DNA from: Gammaproteobacteria bacterium
GTDB lineage: Bacteria > Pseudomonadota > Gammaproteobacteria > Thiotrichales > Thiotrichaceae
DNA length: 64,000 nt
Direction: 5' to 3'
Assembly (NCBI GenBank): GCA_018822845.1
Contig: JAHJJD010000018.1
Span: 16,607-80,606 of the forward strand
The notes under the pieces were generated by a model that saw only the letters and a list, made by a program, of their open reading frames with translations, had not been told where the DNA came from and searched no databases. The translations under genes and the position numbers were made by a program. Of the stretch, positions 1-10,779 are shown one piece after another. Every line of letters starts with the position of its first letter. The stretch's first letter is position 1.

Positions 1-1759
1 TACCACCCGCACCCGTTTCATACAAACCGCCGCCTTTCATCAAAGGTACGACAGACAACATTTTGGCACTGGTGCCCACTTCCATGATCGGGAACAGGTC
101 AGTCAGGTAGTCGCGCAAAATATTGCCGGTAACAGAAATCGTGCTCTTGCCACGAATAATACGTTCCAGACTGAAACGCATCCCGCGCAAGGGTGACATA
201 ATGCAAATATCAACATCGGTCAGGTCATGATCTTTCAGGTAGGTTTTAACCTTCTTGATTAGCTCATACTCATGCGGACGGTATTCATCCAGCCAGAACA
301 CCGCAGGCAATTGGGATTCACGCGCCCGTCTGACTGCCAGCCCCACCCAGTCACGCACTGGCAGGTCTTTGGTCTGACACATACGCCAGATGTCTCCGGC
401 TTCCACGCTTTGCTCAATCAAGACCTTGCCCTGATCGTCGACAATACGCGCCACGCCGTCTTCGGGAATTTCAAAGGTCTTGTCATGCGAACCGTATTCT
501 TCGGCTTTTTGCGCCATCAAACCGACGTTCGGCACAGTGCCCAGTGTCCGGGGGTCGAAAGAACCGTGGGTTTTACAGAAGTTAATGATCTCCTGATAAA
601 TACGCGCAAAGGTACTTTCCGGCATCACCGCCTTGGTATCTTTCAACTGACCTGCCGGGCCATACATTTTGCCGCCATTGCGGATCATGGCTGGCATTGA
701 TGCATCGACGATGACATGGTTCGGAGAATGCAGATTGGAAATGCCTTTGGCTGAATCCACCATCGCCAGTTCCGGGCGATGTTCGTAGCAGGCATGAATA
801 TCGCGCTCAATTTCTTCACGCAACGAGGTCGGCAGCGTGGCAATCTTTTCATACACACTGCTCATGCCGTTGTTGGGGTTGACACCCAGTTCCTTGAACA
901 ACTGAGCGTGTTTTTCAAACAGCTCTTTGTAGAAAATCTTGACGCAGTGACCGAACACAATCGGGTGCGAGACTTTCATCATGGTGGCTTTCACATGCAG
1001 CGAGAACATCACGCCCGTCTGCTTCGCGTCTTCGATCTGCTTTTCATAGAACTCGCACAGCGCTTTTTTGCTCATGAACATGCTGTCGATGATTTCGCCT
1101 TCCAGCAATGACACTTTCGGCTTGAGCACGATGGTTTTGCCGCTCTTGGTCACCAGATCCATGCTGACATCGCAAGCACGATCCAGCGTCAGGCACTTTT
1201 CACTGCTGTAGAAATCACCGTGATGCATGTGTGAAACGTGGGTGCGTGAAGCCTGGCTCCACTCCTTCATTTCATGCGGAAAGGTTTGGGCGTAACGCTT
1301 GACGGCGGCGGGTACGCGACGATCCGAGTTACCTTCACGCAGCACCGGGTTTACTGCACTGCCCAGCACTTTGGAGTAACGGCGCAGAATTTCTTTGTCT
1401 GTTTCTGTTTGCGGGTCTTCGGGGTAATCTGGCAGCGGGTAGCCTGCGGCCTGGAGTTCTTTGACAGTGGAGATCAGTTGCGGCACAGACGCACTAATAT
1501 TGGGCAGCTTGATAATATTGCTATCCGGTTCCTGCGTCAGTTGTGCCATGACCGCCAGCTCATCCGATACCTGTTGTTCTGCTGTCAGATAGTCAGAGAA
1601 CTCGGCAAGAGTACGGGCAGGCAAAGACAAATCACTTTTGCTGATCTCAATGCCCGCACCTGATGCAAAGGTGCGGATAATCGGTAGCAAGGAACAAGTC
1701 GCCAGCAGTGGCGCCTCATCAGTCAATGTGTAAATCACCTTTGGTGTTTCATTATTCAT
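1..1759 (-). CDS. icd: Monomeric NADP-dependent isocitrate dehydrogenase (5' part; gene runs off the window start)
   Basis: Missing from the ORF track because no stop lies in the window. Manual translation from ATG 1759 gives [28 protein letters not shown]...KLPNISAS...[19 protein letters not shown], the hallmark motifs of the monomeric IDH family. Confidence 0.95.
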   Translation of the reverse strand, partial: MNNETPKVIYTLTDEAPLLATCSLLPIIRTFASGAGIEISKSDLSLPARTLAEFSDYLTAEQQVSDELAVMAQLTQEPDSNIIKLPNISASVPQLISTVKELQAAGYPLPDYPEDPQTETDKEILRRYSKVLGSAVNPVLREGNSDRRVPAAVKRYAQTFPHEMKEWSQASRTHVSHMHHGDFYSSEKCLTLDRACDVSMDLVTKSGKTIVLKPKVSLLEGEIIDSMFMSKKALCEFYEKQIEDAKQTGVMFSLHVKATMMKVSHPIVFGHCVKIFYKELFEKHAQLFKELGVNPNNGMSSVYEKIATLPTSLREEIERDIHACYEHRPELAMVDSAKGISNLHSPNHVIVDASMPAMIRNGGKMYGPAGQLKDTKAVMPESTFARIYQEIINFCKTHGSFDPRTLGTVPNVGLMAQKAEEYGSHDKTFEIPEDGVARIVDDQGKVLIEQSVEAGDIWRMCQTKDLPVRDWVGLAVRRARESQLPAVFWLDEYRPHEYELIKKVKTYLKDHDLTDVDICIMSPLRGMRFSLERIIRGKSTISVTGNILRDYLTDLFPIMEVGTSAKMLSVVPLMKGGGLYETGAGG

Positions 1760-1945
1760 CTGCAATTATTCCTGGAAGCGTTATTGTCTGACAATATTAT
1801 ATAAAACCCTTAATAATCGCCACAAAATCCGCACGAAGTAATGCAAATTGTCGACATTGTACTGTTTTGATGCTTTGTTGCGGCGCACATAAATATTCCT
1901 GTAATATTCTGACCTCTTTTCTTGGTTTTGTTGGATCATCAGGGT

Positions 1946-3697
1946 ATGGCAGGACAGGCTTTGCAAATCAATCACCTTGCACGTGGCATTGCCACCACCA
2001 TCCTGCAAGGCTTCAACCGTCACTTTGAAATTTTCCAGCGGATTACTGCCGGGGCGCGGCAACGCTTTGAAGATGCCGACTGGCAGGCTGTACAACTGGC
2101 TTCGCGCGAACGCATCGTGTTGTACGATCGCCGCATCAAGGAAACCATTGCGCTGGTGCGCGACCTGTACGAAATCAAGGAAATCGACCCGGAACTCTGG
2201 CGTGAAGTGAAACACTGCTACATGCGCATGCTGCTGGATCACCAGCAGCCGGAACTGGCGGAAACCTTCTATACCTCGGTATTTTGCCGCCAGTTTCCCC
2301 GCCAGTATTACACCAATAACTGGATATTCATCCGCAGCTCAATTTCAACGGAGTACATCGATTCCGAAGAAACCAGCTATGTCGCCTACTACCCGCACGC
2401 AATTGGCCTGCGTGAAGCCATTACCCGCATTCTGGATAACGCCGGTTTCACCCTGCCGTTTGAAAATCTGGAACGTGATTTCCGCAACATGTTCCGTTCG
2501 ATTGTCCAGCACTACCGAGGCAAGGCGGCGCGCAAGGCTCAACTGAACTTCCAGCTTTCCGTCATTCGTCACCCGTTTTTCCGCAACAAGGCGGCCTATA
2601 TCGTCGGGCGCATGATCAACGGGCGGGATGAAATCCCCTTCGCCCTGCCAATACTGAATAATGAAAAGGGCGGCCTGTATATCGATGCCCTGTTGCTGGG
2701 TGAAAAGCAGCTTTCCGTGGTATTCAGCTACTCACAGGCGTATTTCATGATGGAACATCAGGTGCCATCAGCAGTGACCTCATTCCTGCAAAAACTGTTG
2801 CCACGCCGCAATATGTCGGAACTGTATTCCGCCATCGGTTTGCACAAACAGGGCAAGTCGGCGTTTTACCGCGATTTCCTGCACCACCTGAAGCATTCCA
2901 GCGATGAATTCATCACCGCACCGGGGATACGCGGCATGGTCATGATGGTATTCACCCTGCCTTCCTACCCTTATGTGTTCAAGATCATCAAGGACAAGTT
3001 CGCGCCACAGAAAGAATTCACCCGCCAGCAGGTCGAGGAAAAATACCAGTTGGTCAAACGTCACGACCGGGTGGGGCGCATGGCCGACATGCTGGAATAT
3101 TCCAATGTCGCCCTGCCAGAAGAGCGTTTCGATCCAGACTTGTTGCAGGAACTGCGGGATGCCTGTGCCAGCAGCATCAGCTTTGATAGCGGCAACATCG
3201 TGTTCCGCCACGTCTATATGGAACGGCGCATGATTCCGCTGAACATGTTCATTGAAACAGCGGACGACGAAATCCTGGAACGGGTCATCGAAGACTACGG
3301 CAATGCCATCAAGCAACTGGCGGGCGCGAATATTTTCCCCGGCGACTTCCTTTACAAAAACTTCGGGGTTACGCAGTTGGGGCGGGTGGTGTTCTACGAC
3401 TACGACGAAATCAGCTACATGACGGAATGCAATTTCCGCAAGATTCCGCCGCCACGCTTCCCGGAAGACGAGTTCAGATCCGAACCGTGGTACTCAGTGG
3501 AACCGAACGACGTGTTCCCAGAAGAGTTTTCCACGTTCCTGCTGTCTACACCCAAAATCCGCAAGATTTTCATCAAGTACCATAAGGACTTGCTGGATTC
3601 CCGTTACTGGAAGCACAAGCAGGAAAATATCCAGGCGGGCATGTACGAAGACGTGTTTCCATACCCGCAGGAATTGCGTTTCAAACGCAAGGTCTGA
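1946..3697 (+). CDS. aceK: Isocitrate dehydrogenase kinase/phosphatase
   Basis: APGIRGMVMMVFTLP ATP-binding motif, IFPGDFLYKNFGVT and VVFYDYDEI motifs, PFFRNKAAY. ATG 1946 preferred over the track's TTG 1922. Confidence 0.95.
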   Translation: MAGQALQINHLARGIATTILQGFNRHFEIFQRITAGARQRFEDADWQAVQLASRERIVLYDRRIKETIALVRDLYEIKEIDPELWREVKHCYMRMLLDHQQPELAETFYTSVFCRQFPRQYYTNNWIFIRSSISTEYIDSEETSYVAYYPHAIGLREAITRILDNAGFTLPFENLERDFRNMFRSIVQHYRGKAARKAQLNFQLSVIRHPFFRNKAAYIVGRMINGRDEIPFALPILNNEKGGLYIDALLLGEKQLSVVFSYSQAYFMMEHQVPSAVTSFLQKLLPRRNMSELYSAIGLHKQGKSAFYRDFLHHLKHSSDEFITAPGIRGMVMMVFTLPSYPYVFKIIKDKFAPQKEFTRQQVEEKYQLVKRHDRVGRMADMLEYSNVALPEERFDPDLLQELRDACASSISFDSGNIVFRHVYMERRMIPLNMFIETADDEILERVIEDYGNAIKQLAGANIFPGDFLYKNFGVTQLGRVVFYDYDEISYMTECNFRKIPPPRFPEDEFRSEPWYSVEPNDVFPEEFSTFLLSTPKIRKIFIKYHKDLLDSRYWKHKQENIQAGMYEDVFPYPQELRFKRKV

Positions 3698-3702
3698 ACG
3701 GT

Positions 3703-4326
3703 TTAGCGGTATTCCACCAAATCATCGAGTGACTGGCGCAGGCGGGGCGTTTGTTCGCCTGCGCGATAGCCAAATGCTACGACAACGGCAACGCCATACT
3801 GCTGCGTGTCAACATCCAGCACCGCTTCCACGCCGGGCTTGGAGAAACCTTCAATTGGGCAGGAATCAATCCCCATACTGGCCGCGCCTGTCATCATGTT
3901 CGCCAGCGCCAGGTAACATTGCTTGGAACTCCAGGCAAAGGTATTGATGTAAGGCGCAATTTCAGTCTCGCTATGGGCAGCGTAACGCGCCAGATAAGCA
4001 TCCTGCGCATCCTGCGGCAGACCACGACGCCCGAACAGACGCTTGACGTAATCACTGCCCGGCTCCACCGCTGACGTTTTCGCCAGAATCACCACCACAT
4101 GACTGCTCTCGGTGATTTGCGGCTGGTTCCAGCAGGCTTCACGCAGTTTTCCGCGTAATTCAGGGGTTTGCACAACCACAAAATGCCAGTGCTCCATACC
4201 GAAAGAAGAAGGCGACAAACGCCCGAACTCCAGAATCTGCTGGAAATCCTCAGCGGGTATCTTGCGCTGTGGATCAAATTTCTTGCAGGCATGGCGGAAA
4301 GACATCGCTTGCATGAATGGCTGCAT
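3703..4326 (-). CDS. Nitroreductase family NAD(P)H-dependent flavin oxidoreductase
   Basis: RHACKKFD, LSPSSFGMEHWHF and GIDSCPIEGF motifs of the NfsB-like nitroreductase fold. Confidence 0.9.
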   Translation of the reverse strand: MQPFMQAMSFRHACKKFDPQRKIPAEDFQQILEFGRLSPSSFGMEHWHFVVVQTPELRGKLREACWNQPQITESSHVVVILAKTSAVEPGSDYVKRLFGRRGLPQDAQDAYLARYAAHSETEIAPYINTFAWSSKQCYLALANMMTGAASMGIDSCPIEGFSKPGVEAVLDVDTQQYGVAVVVAFGYRAGEQTPRLRQSLDDLVEYR

Positions 4327-4410
4327 AATGAAAACTCCTTAACTTAAACCGGGTTGGTAAATGCGCTACAGTATAGCTACTCCCTCACCGTCAGGAACAG
4401 GATATACAGA

Positions 4411-5139
4411 ATGATAACAGGATTATTCAAAGGCTTTGGTTACGTGTTTACCGGCCTGTCGCTCATCACCCAGAAAGGCATCCGCCCATTTGTACTGGTT
4501 CCGCTACTGATCAACATTGTGTTGTTTTCCGGCGGTATCTGGCTGGCGAAATCCCAGCTCGAATACTGGATGGCGCGCTTGTTGCCCGAATGGCTGTCAT
4601 GGCTGGAATGGCTGCTGTGGCCGGTGTTCGCCATCCTGATTTTCTTCGTAGTGTTTTACGTCTTTGCCATCGTCGCCAATATTCTGGCCGCGCCTTTCAA
4701 CTCTGTGCTGGCGGAAAAGGTGGAAGCCCGCCTCAACGGGCAACCGATTCCCGAATTTGCCGGATACAAAAGCCTGCCTGCACTGATTGTGCGCACTTTC
4801 CGTAGCGAACTGGGCAAGCTGTGGTATATGGGCAAATGGTTCTTGCTGTTGCTGATCCTGACCGTGATTCCGGGAGTCAATATTATCGCTCCCGTAGCAT
4901 GGACGTTGTTTGGGGCATGGATGCTGGCAATCGAATACGCCGACTACCCGATGGGTAACCATAACCTGTTTTTCAAAGATGAGTTGGCAGTCTTGAAGAA
5001 AAACCGCCCGGAAGCATTGGGGTTTGGCTGGTTGCTGTCGCTGATGACGGCGATTCCGGTACTGAATTTCCTGTCGATGCCAGTTGGCGTCGCGGGCGGC
5101 ACTGCGTTGTGGGTTAAGCGCTTGTCAAACAATCGCTAA
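4411..5139 (+). CDS. cysZ: Sulfate transporter CysZ (EI24 domain)
   Basis: GIRPFVLVPLLINI, NILAAPFNSVLAEKVE and EYADYPMGNH motifs; several TM helices. Start placed at ATG 4411. Confidence 0.88.
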   Translation: MITGLFKGFGYVFTGLSLITQKGIRPFVLVPLLINIVLFSGGIWLAKSQLEYWMARLLPEWLSWLEWLLWPVFAILIFFVVFYVFAIVANILAAPFNSVLAEKVEARLNGQPIPEFAGYKSLPALIVRTFRSELGKLWYMGKWFLLLLILTVIPGVNIIAPVAWTLFGAWMLAIEYADYPMGNHNLFFKDELAVLKKNRPEALGFGWLLSLMTAIPVLNFLSMPVGVAGGTALWVKRLSNNR

Positions 5140-5834
5140 GGCTTGCCAGCCATGCGCTCCTTGGTGGTCAGGGCAATCTTGTTGCGCAGGTAAACCGGCT
5201 GCGCCTCTTCCGGTGCTACGGCTTTGTCCGCCTGCCACCCGGCAACAGCCAGCGGCAACATGAATTCGGCAGCGGGTAATGATTCGGTATCGACACCCGT
5301 CAGCTTTCCGGCAAAACGTGCCTGCAAGGTATCCGCATAAGCTGACCAGCCGTGCCCGATGGCAAACCAGCCGTCGCTAGCGGGCATAGGCGCATCCGCC
5401 GGAGCACAAACCTGCTCTTCGCCCTGCAACTGCATCAAACCATCCTGCCAGACATATTGTCCCCAGTAGACTTCGCCCATGCGCGCATCCAGCGCAGCCA
5501 ACACCTGAACCGCACCGTGCTGCGCATATGCCTGCTGTGCCAGTGCAGCCAGCGTGGAAAGTGTAATCACCGGTTTGTCGGCAGCCATCGCCAAGCCTTG
5601 CGCGACGCCCACACCGATACGGATGCCGGTAAATGCACCCGGCCCTTGCCCGACAGCAATAGCATCCACATCCTGCAAACGCAGGCCAGCCGTAGACAAC
5701 ACTTTATCCACCATCGGCAGGATCAGTTGGGTATGCGCGCGCGGAGTCAGCTCAAATTCGCTGAAGCTTGCACCATCGGCATAAACAGCGGCGGAACAGG
5801 CTTCGGTTGAGGTATCAATGGCTAGCAGTTTCAT
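5136..5834 (-). CDS. tsaB: tRNA threonylcarbamoyladenosine biosynthesis protein TsaB (YeaZ)
   Basis: MKLLAIDTSTEACSAA start, GPGAFTGIRIG, LDARMGEVY and C-terminal PVYLRNK. The track's longer start overlaps yoaA. Confidence 0.95.
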   Translation of the reverse strand: MKLLAIDTSTEACSAAVYADGASFSEFELTPRAHTQLILPMVDKVLSTAGLRLQDVDAIAVGQGPGAFTGIRIGVGVAQGLAMAADKPVITLSTLAALAQQAYAQHGAVQVLAALDARMGEVYWGQYVWQDGLMQLQGEEQVCAPADAPMPASDGWFAIGHGWSAYADTLQARFAGKLTGVDTESLPAAEFMLPLAVAGWQADKAVAPEEAQPVYLRNKIALTTKERMAGKP

Positions 5835-7755
5835 CCGTATCTCTGGGGATGGGGGGTATGTTGTTGGCAAAAAACCGTTCCACAATTTCCAGCTTCTGGG
5901 TACGCGGCATACGCGGCAGACTATCGAGGAAAGTCTTGCCATAACTGCGGGTGCGTAAGCGTACATCGCAGATCATCAGCACACCCCGGTCATTTTCGTC
6001 ACGAATCAGGCGTCCAACCCCTTGCTTAAGGGTAATGACCGCCTGCGGAATCTGGTATTCGGCAAACGGATTGCCACCGCGTTGGCGGATGCTTTCCAGC
6101 CGCGCCTCCATCACCGGATCGTTGGGTGCTGCGAATGGCAACTTGTCAATAATAACACAGCTCAAGGCATCACCACGTACATCCACCCCTTCCCAGAAGC
6201 TGGCCGTACCCAGCAGCACGGCATTCCCCAACTGACGGAATTTTTCGATCATGTCGCGTTGTGGCGACTCCCCCTGGATCAGCAGCGGAAACTCAATCCG
6301 GTCATGCAACAGTTCTGCCGCCTCGTTAAGCGCCCGGTAGCTGGTGAACAGCATGAAGGTACGCCCGCCACAGGCATTGATTACCGGAATGGCAGCCTCT
6401 ACCAGCGCGGAGACAAAATCCTGATCCTGCGGCTCCGGCAAGTTGGCGGGCAAATACAACAACGAGTTGTGCCAGTAATCAAACGGGCTGTCGAGTTGCA
6501 AGGTTGCCGCCTTATCAAGCCCCATGCGCTGGTTGAAATGCTCAAAAGACTGCCCGACCGCCAACGTAGCGGACGTCATGACCCAGCTACAGGGCAATTC
6601 TTCCATGCACTTTTTGAACGGCACAGCCACATCCAGCGGCGTAGTGGTAATAGCGAAGCCACGGGTGAAAGTTTCAAACCACTGCACGCTATCCGGTGGT
6701 GGATTGTGTAAGCGCCCCAGCCGGATACGCTGTTCCAGCAGGCGAGCGTAACAGGATTCGAGCCCCTTGCTACGCTCGGCAGCATGTTCCAGCAGTGCCG
6801 CCAGCTCATCCATGCTGTCGCCCAGTTCCTGCAAGTGATTGACGATAGAAGGCTTGTTACGGATACGCGCCCAGGGCGCACGCTGACCCGGTGTATCCAT
6901 CGCCAGCCGCAGGTCCAGCACAGCCTTTTCCAGATGATCCAGCAATTCGCGGATTTGCGGCATGTCGGAGGCGCTCTCCAGCGCTTCCATCACGGTATCC
7001 CTTTTCAGATCAAGCAACTGACGGCTACTCAGGGTATCGCTGAAAAAGCTGGAAGCAATTTCCGGCAACTGATGTGCCTCATCCAGCACCACCACGTCCG
7101 CCATCGGCAGCAATTCACCGAACCCCTCCTCCTTGAGAGCCATGTCAGCGAAAAACAGGTGATGATTGACCACCACCAACCCTGCATCCTGCGCAGCACG
7201 GCGCGCCTTGACGACATGGCAATCCTGATAATCACCACATTCTGCACCCAGGCAGTTTTCGGTGGTGGAAGTCACCCTGCCCCAGATTTCGGCATCATGT
7301 GGAACGGCGGAAAGCTCGGCAATATCCCCCTTGATGGTCAGCTCCGACCAATCGCGGATACGGCGCAGCCAGGTGACGCTTTTGCGATCAGGCAAACGGC
7401 CTTCCGCGAGTGTGGTTTTCAGGCGATGAATACACAGATAATTGGCGCGCCCCTTGAGCAGGGCAGTTTTGACAGCGCTTTTCAACGCCTTGCGCACCAG
7501 TGGCAAATCCTTGTGGTAAAGCTGATCCTGCAAGGTTTTGCTGCCAGTGGAAATGATCACCCGCTCGTCACACAGTAGCGCCGGAGCAAGGTAGGCAAAC
7601 GTCTTGCCGACGCCAGTGCCAGCTTCAATGACCGCCGTACCATGCGTTTGCATGGTGGTCTGGATGGCCTTCAGCATGGCTTGCTGCTGGGGCCTGACCT
7701 GAAAGCCATCAATCAGTTGGGCGAAAGGCCCTGTTTCTCCCAGCAGGTCAAGCAT
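5815..7755 (-). CDS. yoaA: DinG/YoaA-family ATP-dependent DNA helicase (Fe-S)
   Basis: EAGTGVGKT Walker A, KGRANYLC, Fe-S cysteines (CLGAECGDYQDC), DEAH box, FWEGVDVRG and QGVGRLIR; adjacent to tsaB as in enterobacteria. Confidence 0.88.
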   Translation of the reverse strand: MLDLLGETGPFAQLIDGFQVRPQQQAMLKAIQTTMQTHGTAVIEAGTGVGKTFAYLAPALLCDERVIISTGSKTLQDQLYHKDLPLVRKALKSAVKTALLKGRANYLCIHRLKTTLAEGRLPDRKSVTWLRRIRDWSELTIKGDIAELSAVPHDAEIWGRVTSTTENCLGAECGDYQDCHVVKARRAAQDAGLVVVNHHLFFADMALKEEGFGELLPMADVVVLDEAHQLPEIASSFFSDTLSSRQLLDLKRDTVMEALESASDMPQIRELLDHLEKAVLDLRLAMDTPGQRAPWARIRNKPSIVNHLQELGDSMDELAALLEHAAERSKGLESCYARLLEQRIRLGRLHNPPPDSVQWFETFTRGFAITTTPLDVAVPFKKCMEELPCSWVMTSATLAVGQSFEHFNQRMGLDKAATLQLDSPFDYWHNSLLYLPANLPEPQDQDFVSALVEAAIPVINACGGRTFMLFTSYRALNEAAELLHDRIEFPLLIQGESPQRDMIEKFRQLGNAVLLGTASFWEGVDVRGDALSCVIIDKLPFAAPNDPVMEARLESIRQRGGNPFAEYQIPQAVITLKQGVGRLIRDENDRGVLMICDVRLRTRSYGKTFLDSLPRMPRTQKLEIVERFFANNIPPIPRDTDETASH

Positions 7756-7786
7756 CCCCAGCTCAGGCTCAATGTCGGCAAAGGAA

Positions 7787-8296
7787 CTAATTGAGCTGCT
7801 CCTGATAATATTCAGCCTTCGTTGCCATGCTGCTAGCCTGCTCATCATCGCCCTGACGCTTGTGCAGCTCGCTAAGTTTCAGCCATAAATCAGGATTCTC
7901 CGGCTCTATGCGCAAGGCACGCTCAATGGTCGCAGTTGCTGCGGCCAGCTTGCCCTGCCCGATTTCCGTGTCAGCCTGTTTGACCAAAGCGCGAGCAGCA
8001 GGTGAGGAGTCGTACTTTTTGACTTTATCAACTTCCAGCACTTCAGGTTCCTGCGCATCATCCGCGATACCCTGATCCTGCCGGTGTTGCAGCACTTCTA
8101 CCTTCGGCGCTGGCTCCTTGGGTAATGGCAAGGTACGGCTGACTGGCGCAGGCGCTTGCGGCGCTGGAGCAGGCTTCGCAGTGACAGGTGGCCGTGCGGC
8201 CTGGGCCTGGCTAGGCAGGACTTGGGAAACAGGCGCGCAGGCTGTCATGGCACTTGCGCCCAAAATAATTGCTATCCAGGTAATTTTCACTTTCAT
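7787..8296 (-). CDS. TPR-containing lipoprotein, LpoP-like PBP1B activator candidate
   Basis: Signal peptide ending SAMTAC, Pro/Ala linker and C-terminal TPR (AAATATIERALRIEPENPDLWLKLS); immediately downstream of mrcB, as lpoP is in Pseudomonas. Confidence 0.7.
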   Translation of the reverse strand: MKVKITWIAIILGASAMTACAPVSQVLPSQAQAARPPVTAKPAPAPQAPAPVSRTLPLPKEPAPKVEVLQHRQDQGIADDAQEPEVLEVDKVKKYDSSPAARALVKQADTEIGQGKLAAATATIERALRIEPENPDLWLKLSELHKRQGDDEQASSMATKAEYYQEQLN

Positions 8297-8307
8297 AACC
8301 ATGTTTC

Positions 8308-10731
8308 TTATTGCATCAGATTATCAATCCAATTGGATGGATCACTACTACGTGGCATCGGAACTGGTGCAGCAGCAGGAACCGCAGCCGGGGCTGATGG
8401 CTCTGCTACAGGCGCAGGCGGTGGCGCACAATAATGGGTTTTCTGCGGCTGGGTGCCCTTGATGAACGGCGTGCGCACAGACGAGCCACAAGCCGGATTA
8501 GCCCGCAAACCACTGGTCGGATCAATATTCACCCACACCATGCGGGAAGAAGTATCCTGTAGCGGTTTGGTTGGCAATACCCGGAACAAATCTTCCCACA
8601 CCTTCAAGGCACCTGTACCACCGGTCATGTTGGTAGGTTTGTTATCGTCACGCCCAACCCAGACAGTTGCAACATGCTGACCAGAGAATCCGGCAAACCA
8701 ACTGTCTTTCTTGTCGTTGGTCGTACCGGTTTTGCCAGCGACTTTTTTCCAGCTCGGCAGGACAGAGGATAATTCCTTGGCAGTCCCTTCACGGGTAATA
8801 TTATGCATGGCGTAAATCAGCAAATCAGTTGCTTCAGGGCTGGCAACCTGCTTGACCGTCAATGGATAACGGGTCAGCACCTTGCCTTGCAGGTTCATGA
8901 CGCTGCGAATGGCTTTCAGCGGTGAGTAAGAGCCTCCCGCCGCAATGCTCTGATACATCTGCTGCACATCAATCGGTGCCATTTCCAGTGCACCCAGCAA
9001 AATGGATGGGTATTCAGGTATTTTGGTACTGACACCAAGGCCATGCAAGGTATTGATTACCTTGTCCAGGCCAACATCTACCCCGATACGTACCGCTGGC
9101 GTATTACGCGACAAGGTAAGCGCTTTCAGCACAGTGATATAACCGATGTTACGGTGATCATAGTTGCGTGGCTGCCAATATTTGTTCCTGTCGATCTTGA
9201 CGGTAACAGGGCCATCGCTGACGCGGGTGCCAAGGTTGTACTTGCGTTTGTTTTCCAGCGCAGTCAGGTAAATGGCGGGCTTGACCAGCGAGCCAATCTG
9301 GCGCTGGGCAGTCAGGGCGCGATTGTAACCGGCGTAGCGTACATCGCGACTGCCGACGAGAGCCATTACCTCCCCCCCCTGCACACTACTGATAATCAGG
9401 GCACCATTGAGCATGCCCTTCTTGATGCGCTGGGAACGCTCAAGTTGCGCTACACGCTTTTGCAGAATGGTTTCCGCCGTCAACTGGACGATAGGATCCA
9501 TTGCAGTGAAAATCATCAGGCCAGCACTATGCACGTCTTCTTCCTTGTAATCGCGCTGCAATTGCTGCCGCACCAGATCAAGGTATGCCGGAAACGGGCT
9601 CGCGCCGGATGGTTTGTGCTCGCTGACGTCCAGGGACCGCTTGACCGCCTCCTGATACTCGGCTGCCGTGATGACCCCTTCCTTGTTCATTACCTGTAAC
9701 ACCAGATTGCGGCGTTCCAGAGCACGTTCAGGGAAACGGCGCGGATCGTAGTAGCCCGCACCCTTTGCCAGCCCGATCAGCATCGCAATCTGGTCGGATT
9801 TCAGTTCTTTTGCCTGGCGGTTGAAATAGAATTGCGCCGCCAGCCCGAAACCGTGGATGGCGCGATCGCCATCCTGCCCCAGATGGATTTCATTGAGATA
9901 CGCTTCCAGGATGTCTTTCTTGGGATAGTGCAACTCCAGCAGGAAGGCCATCATCGCCTCCTTGAGCTTGCGCTGCCAGCTACGTTCGTTGGTCAGGTAG
10001 AAGTTCTTGACCAACTGCTGGGTCAATGTGCTGCCGCCCTGCACGGTATGCCCCGCCTTGAGGTTGGCGACAACGGCACGGGCAATCGCCATCGGGTTGA
10101 CGCCCTGGTGCTCGTAAAATTTCTTGTCTTCCACCGCCAGCAGGCCACGAATCAGCAAGGGGGAAACTTCAGACTGCTTGACCAAAACCCGGTCTTCATT
10201 CTGACGTGGGTAAAAATTGCCGATCAGCACTGGCTCCAGACGCATCAGGTTCAGTGGATTCTTGCCGTCGGAGTAACCCAGAGAAGCAACCTTGCCATCC
10301 TTGACCGATACCTTGATGCTGCGGGCAGGCTCCATGTCATCCGCGAACTTGAAACCACGGGTATTGATCATGAAAGCATCACCCGTGCGACGGTATTGCC
10401 CCGTTTCCAGTGGATCGTCAACCTTGCGGTAGCCCAGCAGTTTCATCTCTTCTTCCAGATGATCGGCATAAAGCTGCTGGCCTTCATACATATCCAGCGG
10501 GCGGGCGAACACCCGTGCGGGGAGTTCCCAGCGTCTGCCCTCGAACTGGGTGCGTACCTTCTCGTCGAGTTGCATGGTGTAGACAATGCCTACCAGCAAA
10601 CCCAGCACAAGCACCACAAGGAACAGAATACGAAACACACGGCCAAACAGGGCGAGAACAAACCATGCCCCCTTGAAGAAACGCAACCACAGCGCTTCCT
10701 GTTGTGTTTCCTGACCAGCTTCCTGACTCAA
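8308..10731 (-). CDS. mrcB: Penicillin-binding protein 1B (transglycosylase/transpeptidase)
   Basis: N-terminal TM, UB2H region, EDKKFYEHQG and GGSTLTQQLVKN GT motifs, SLVK, SRN and KTGT TP motifs. Confidence 0.95.
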   Translation of the reverse strand: MSQEAGQETQQEALWLRFFKGAWFVLALFGRVFRILFLVVLVLGLLVGIVYTMQLDEKVRTQFEGRRWELPARVFARPLDMYEGQQLYADHLEEEMKLLGYRKVDDPLETGQYRRTGDAFMINTRGFKFADDMEPARSIKVSVKDGKVASLGYSDGKNPLNLMRLEPVLIGNFYPRQNEDRVLVKQSEVSPLLIRGLLAVEDKKFYEHQGVNPMAIARAVVANLKAGHTVQGGSTLTQQLVKNFYLTNERSWQRKLKEAMMAFLLELHYPKKDILEAYLNEIHLGQDGDRAIHGFGLAAQFYFNRQAKELKSDQIAMLIGLAKGAGYYDPRRFPERALERRNLVLQVMNKEGVITAAEYQEAVKRSLDVSEHKPSGASPFPAYLDLVRQQLQRDYKEEDVHSAGLMIFTAMDPIVQLTAETILQKRVAQLERSQRIKKGMLNGALIISSVQGGEVMALVGSRDVRYAGYNRALTAQRQIGSLVKPAIYLTALENKRKYNLGTRVSDGPVTVKIDRNKYWQPRNYDHRNIGYITVLKALTLSRNTPAVRIGVDVGLDKVINTLHGLGVSTKIPEYPSILLGALEMAPIDVQQMYQSIAAGGSYSPLKAIRSVMNLQGKVLTRYPLTVKQVASPEATDLLIYAMHNITREGTAKELSSVLPSWKKVAGKTGTTNDKKDSWFAGFSGQHVATVWVGRDDNKPTNMTGGTGALKVWEDLFRVLPTKPLQDTSSRMVWVNIDPTSGLRANPACGSSVRTPFIKGTQPQKTHYCAPPPAPVAEPSAPAAVPAAAPVPMPRSSDPSNWIDNLMQ

Positions 10732-10779
10732 GTTAGTTTCCTGCTATGATTATATTTTCGGGTCACAACGAGACACACC

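Noticed and set aside
272-1663. Three plus-strand ORFs (272-700, 779-1111, 1274-1663)
   Set aside because: Antisense shadows of the minus-strand icd, which the track missed because it has no stop in the window.
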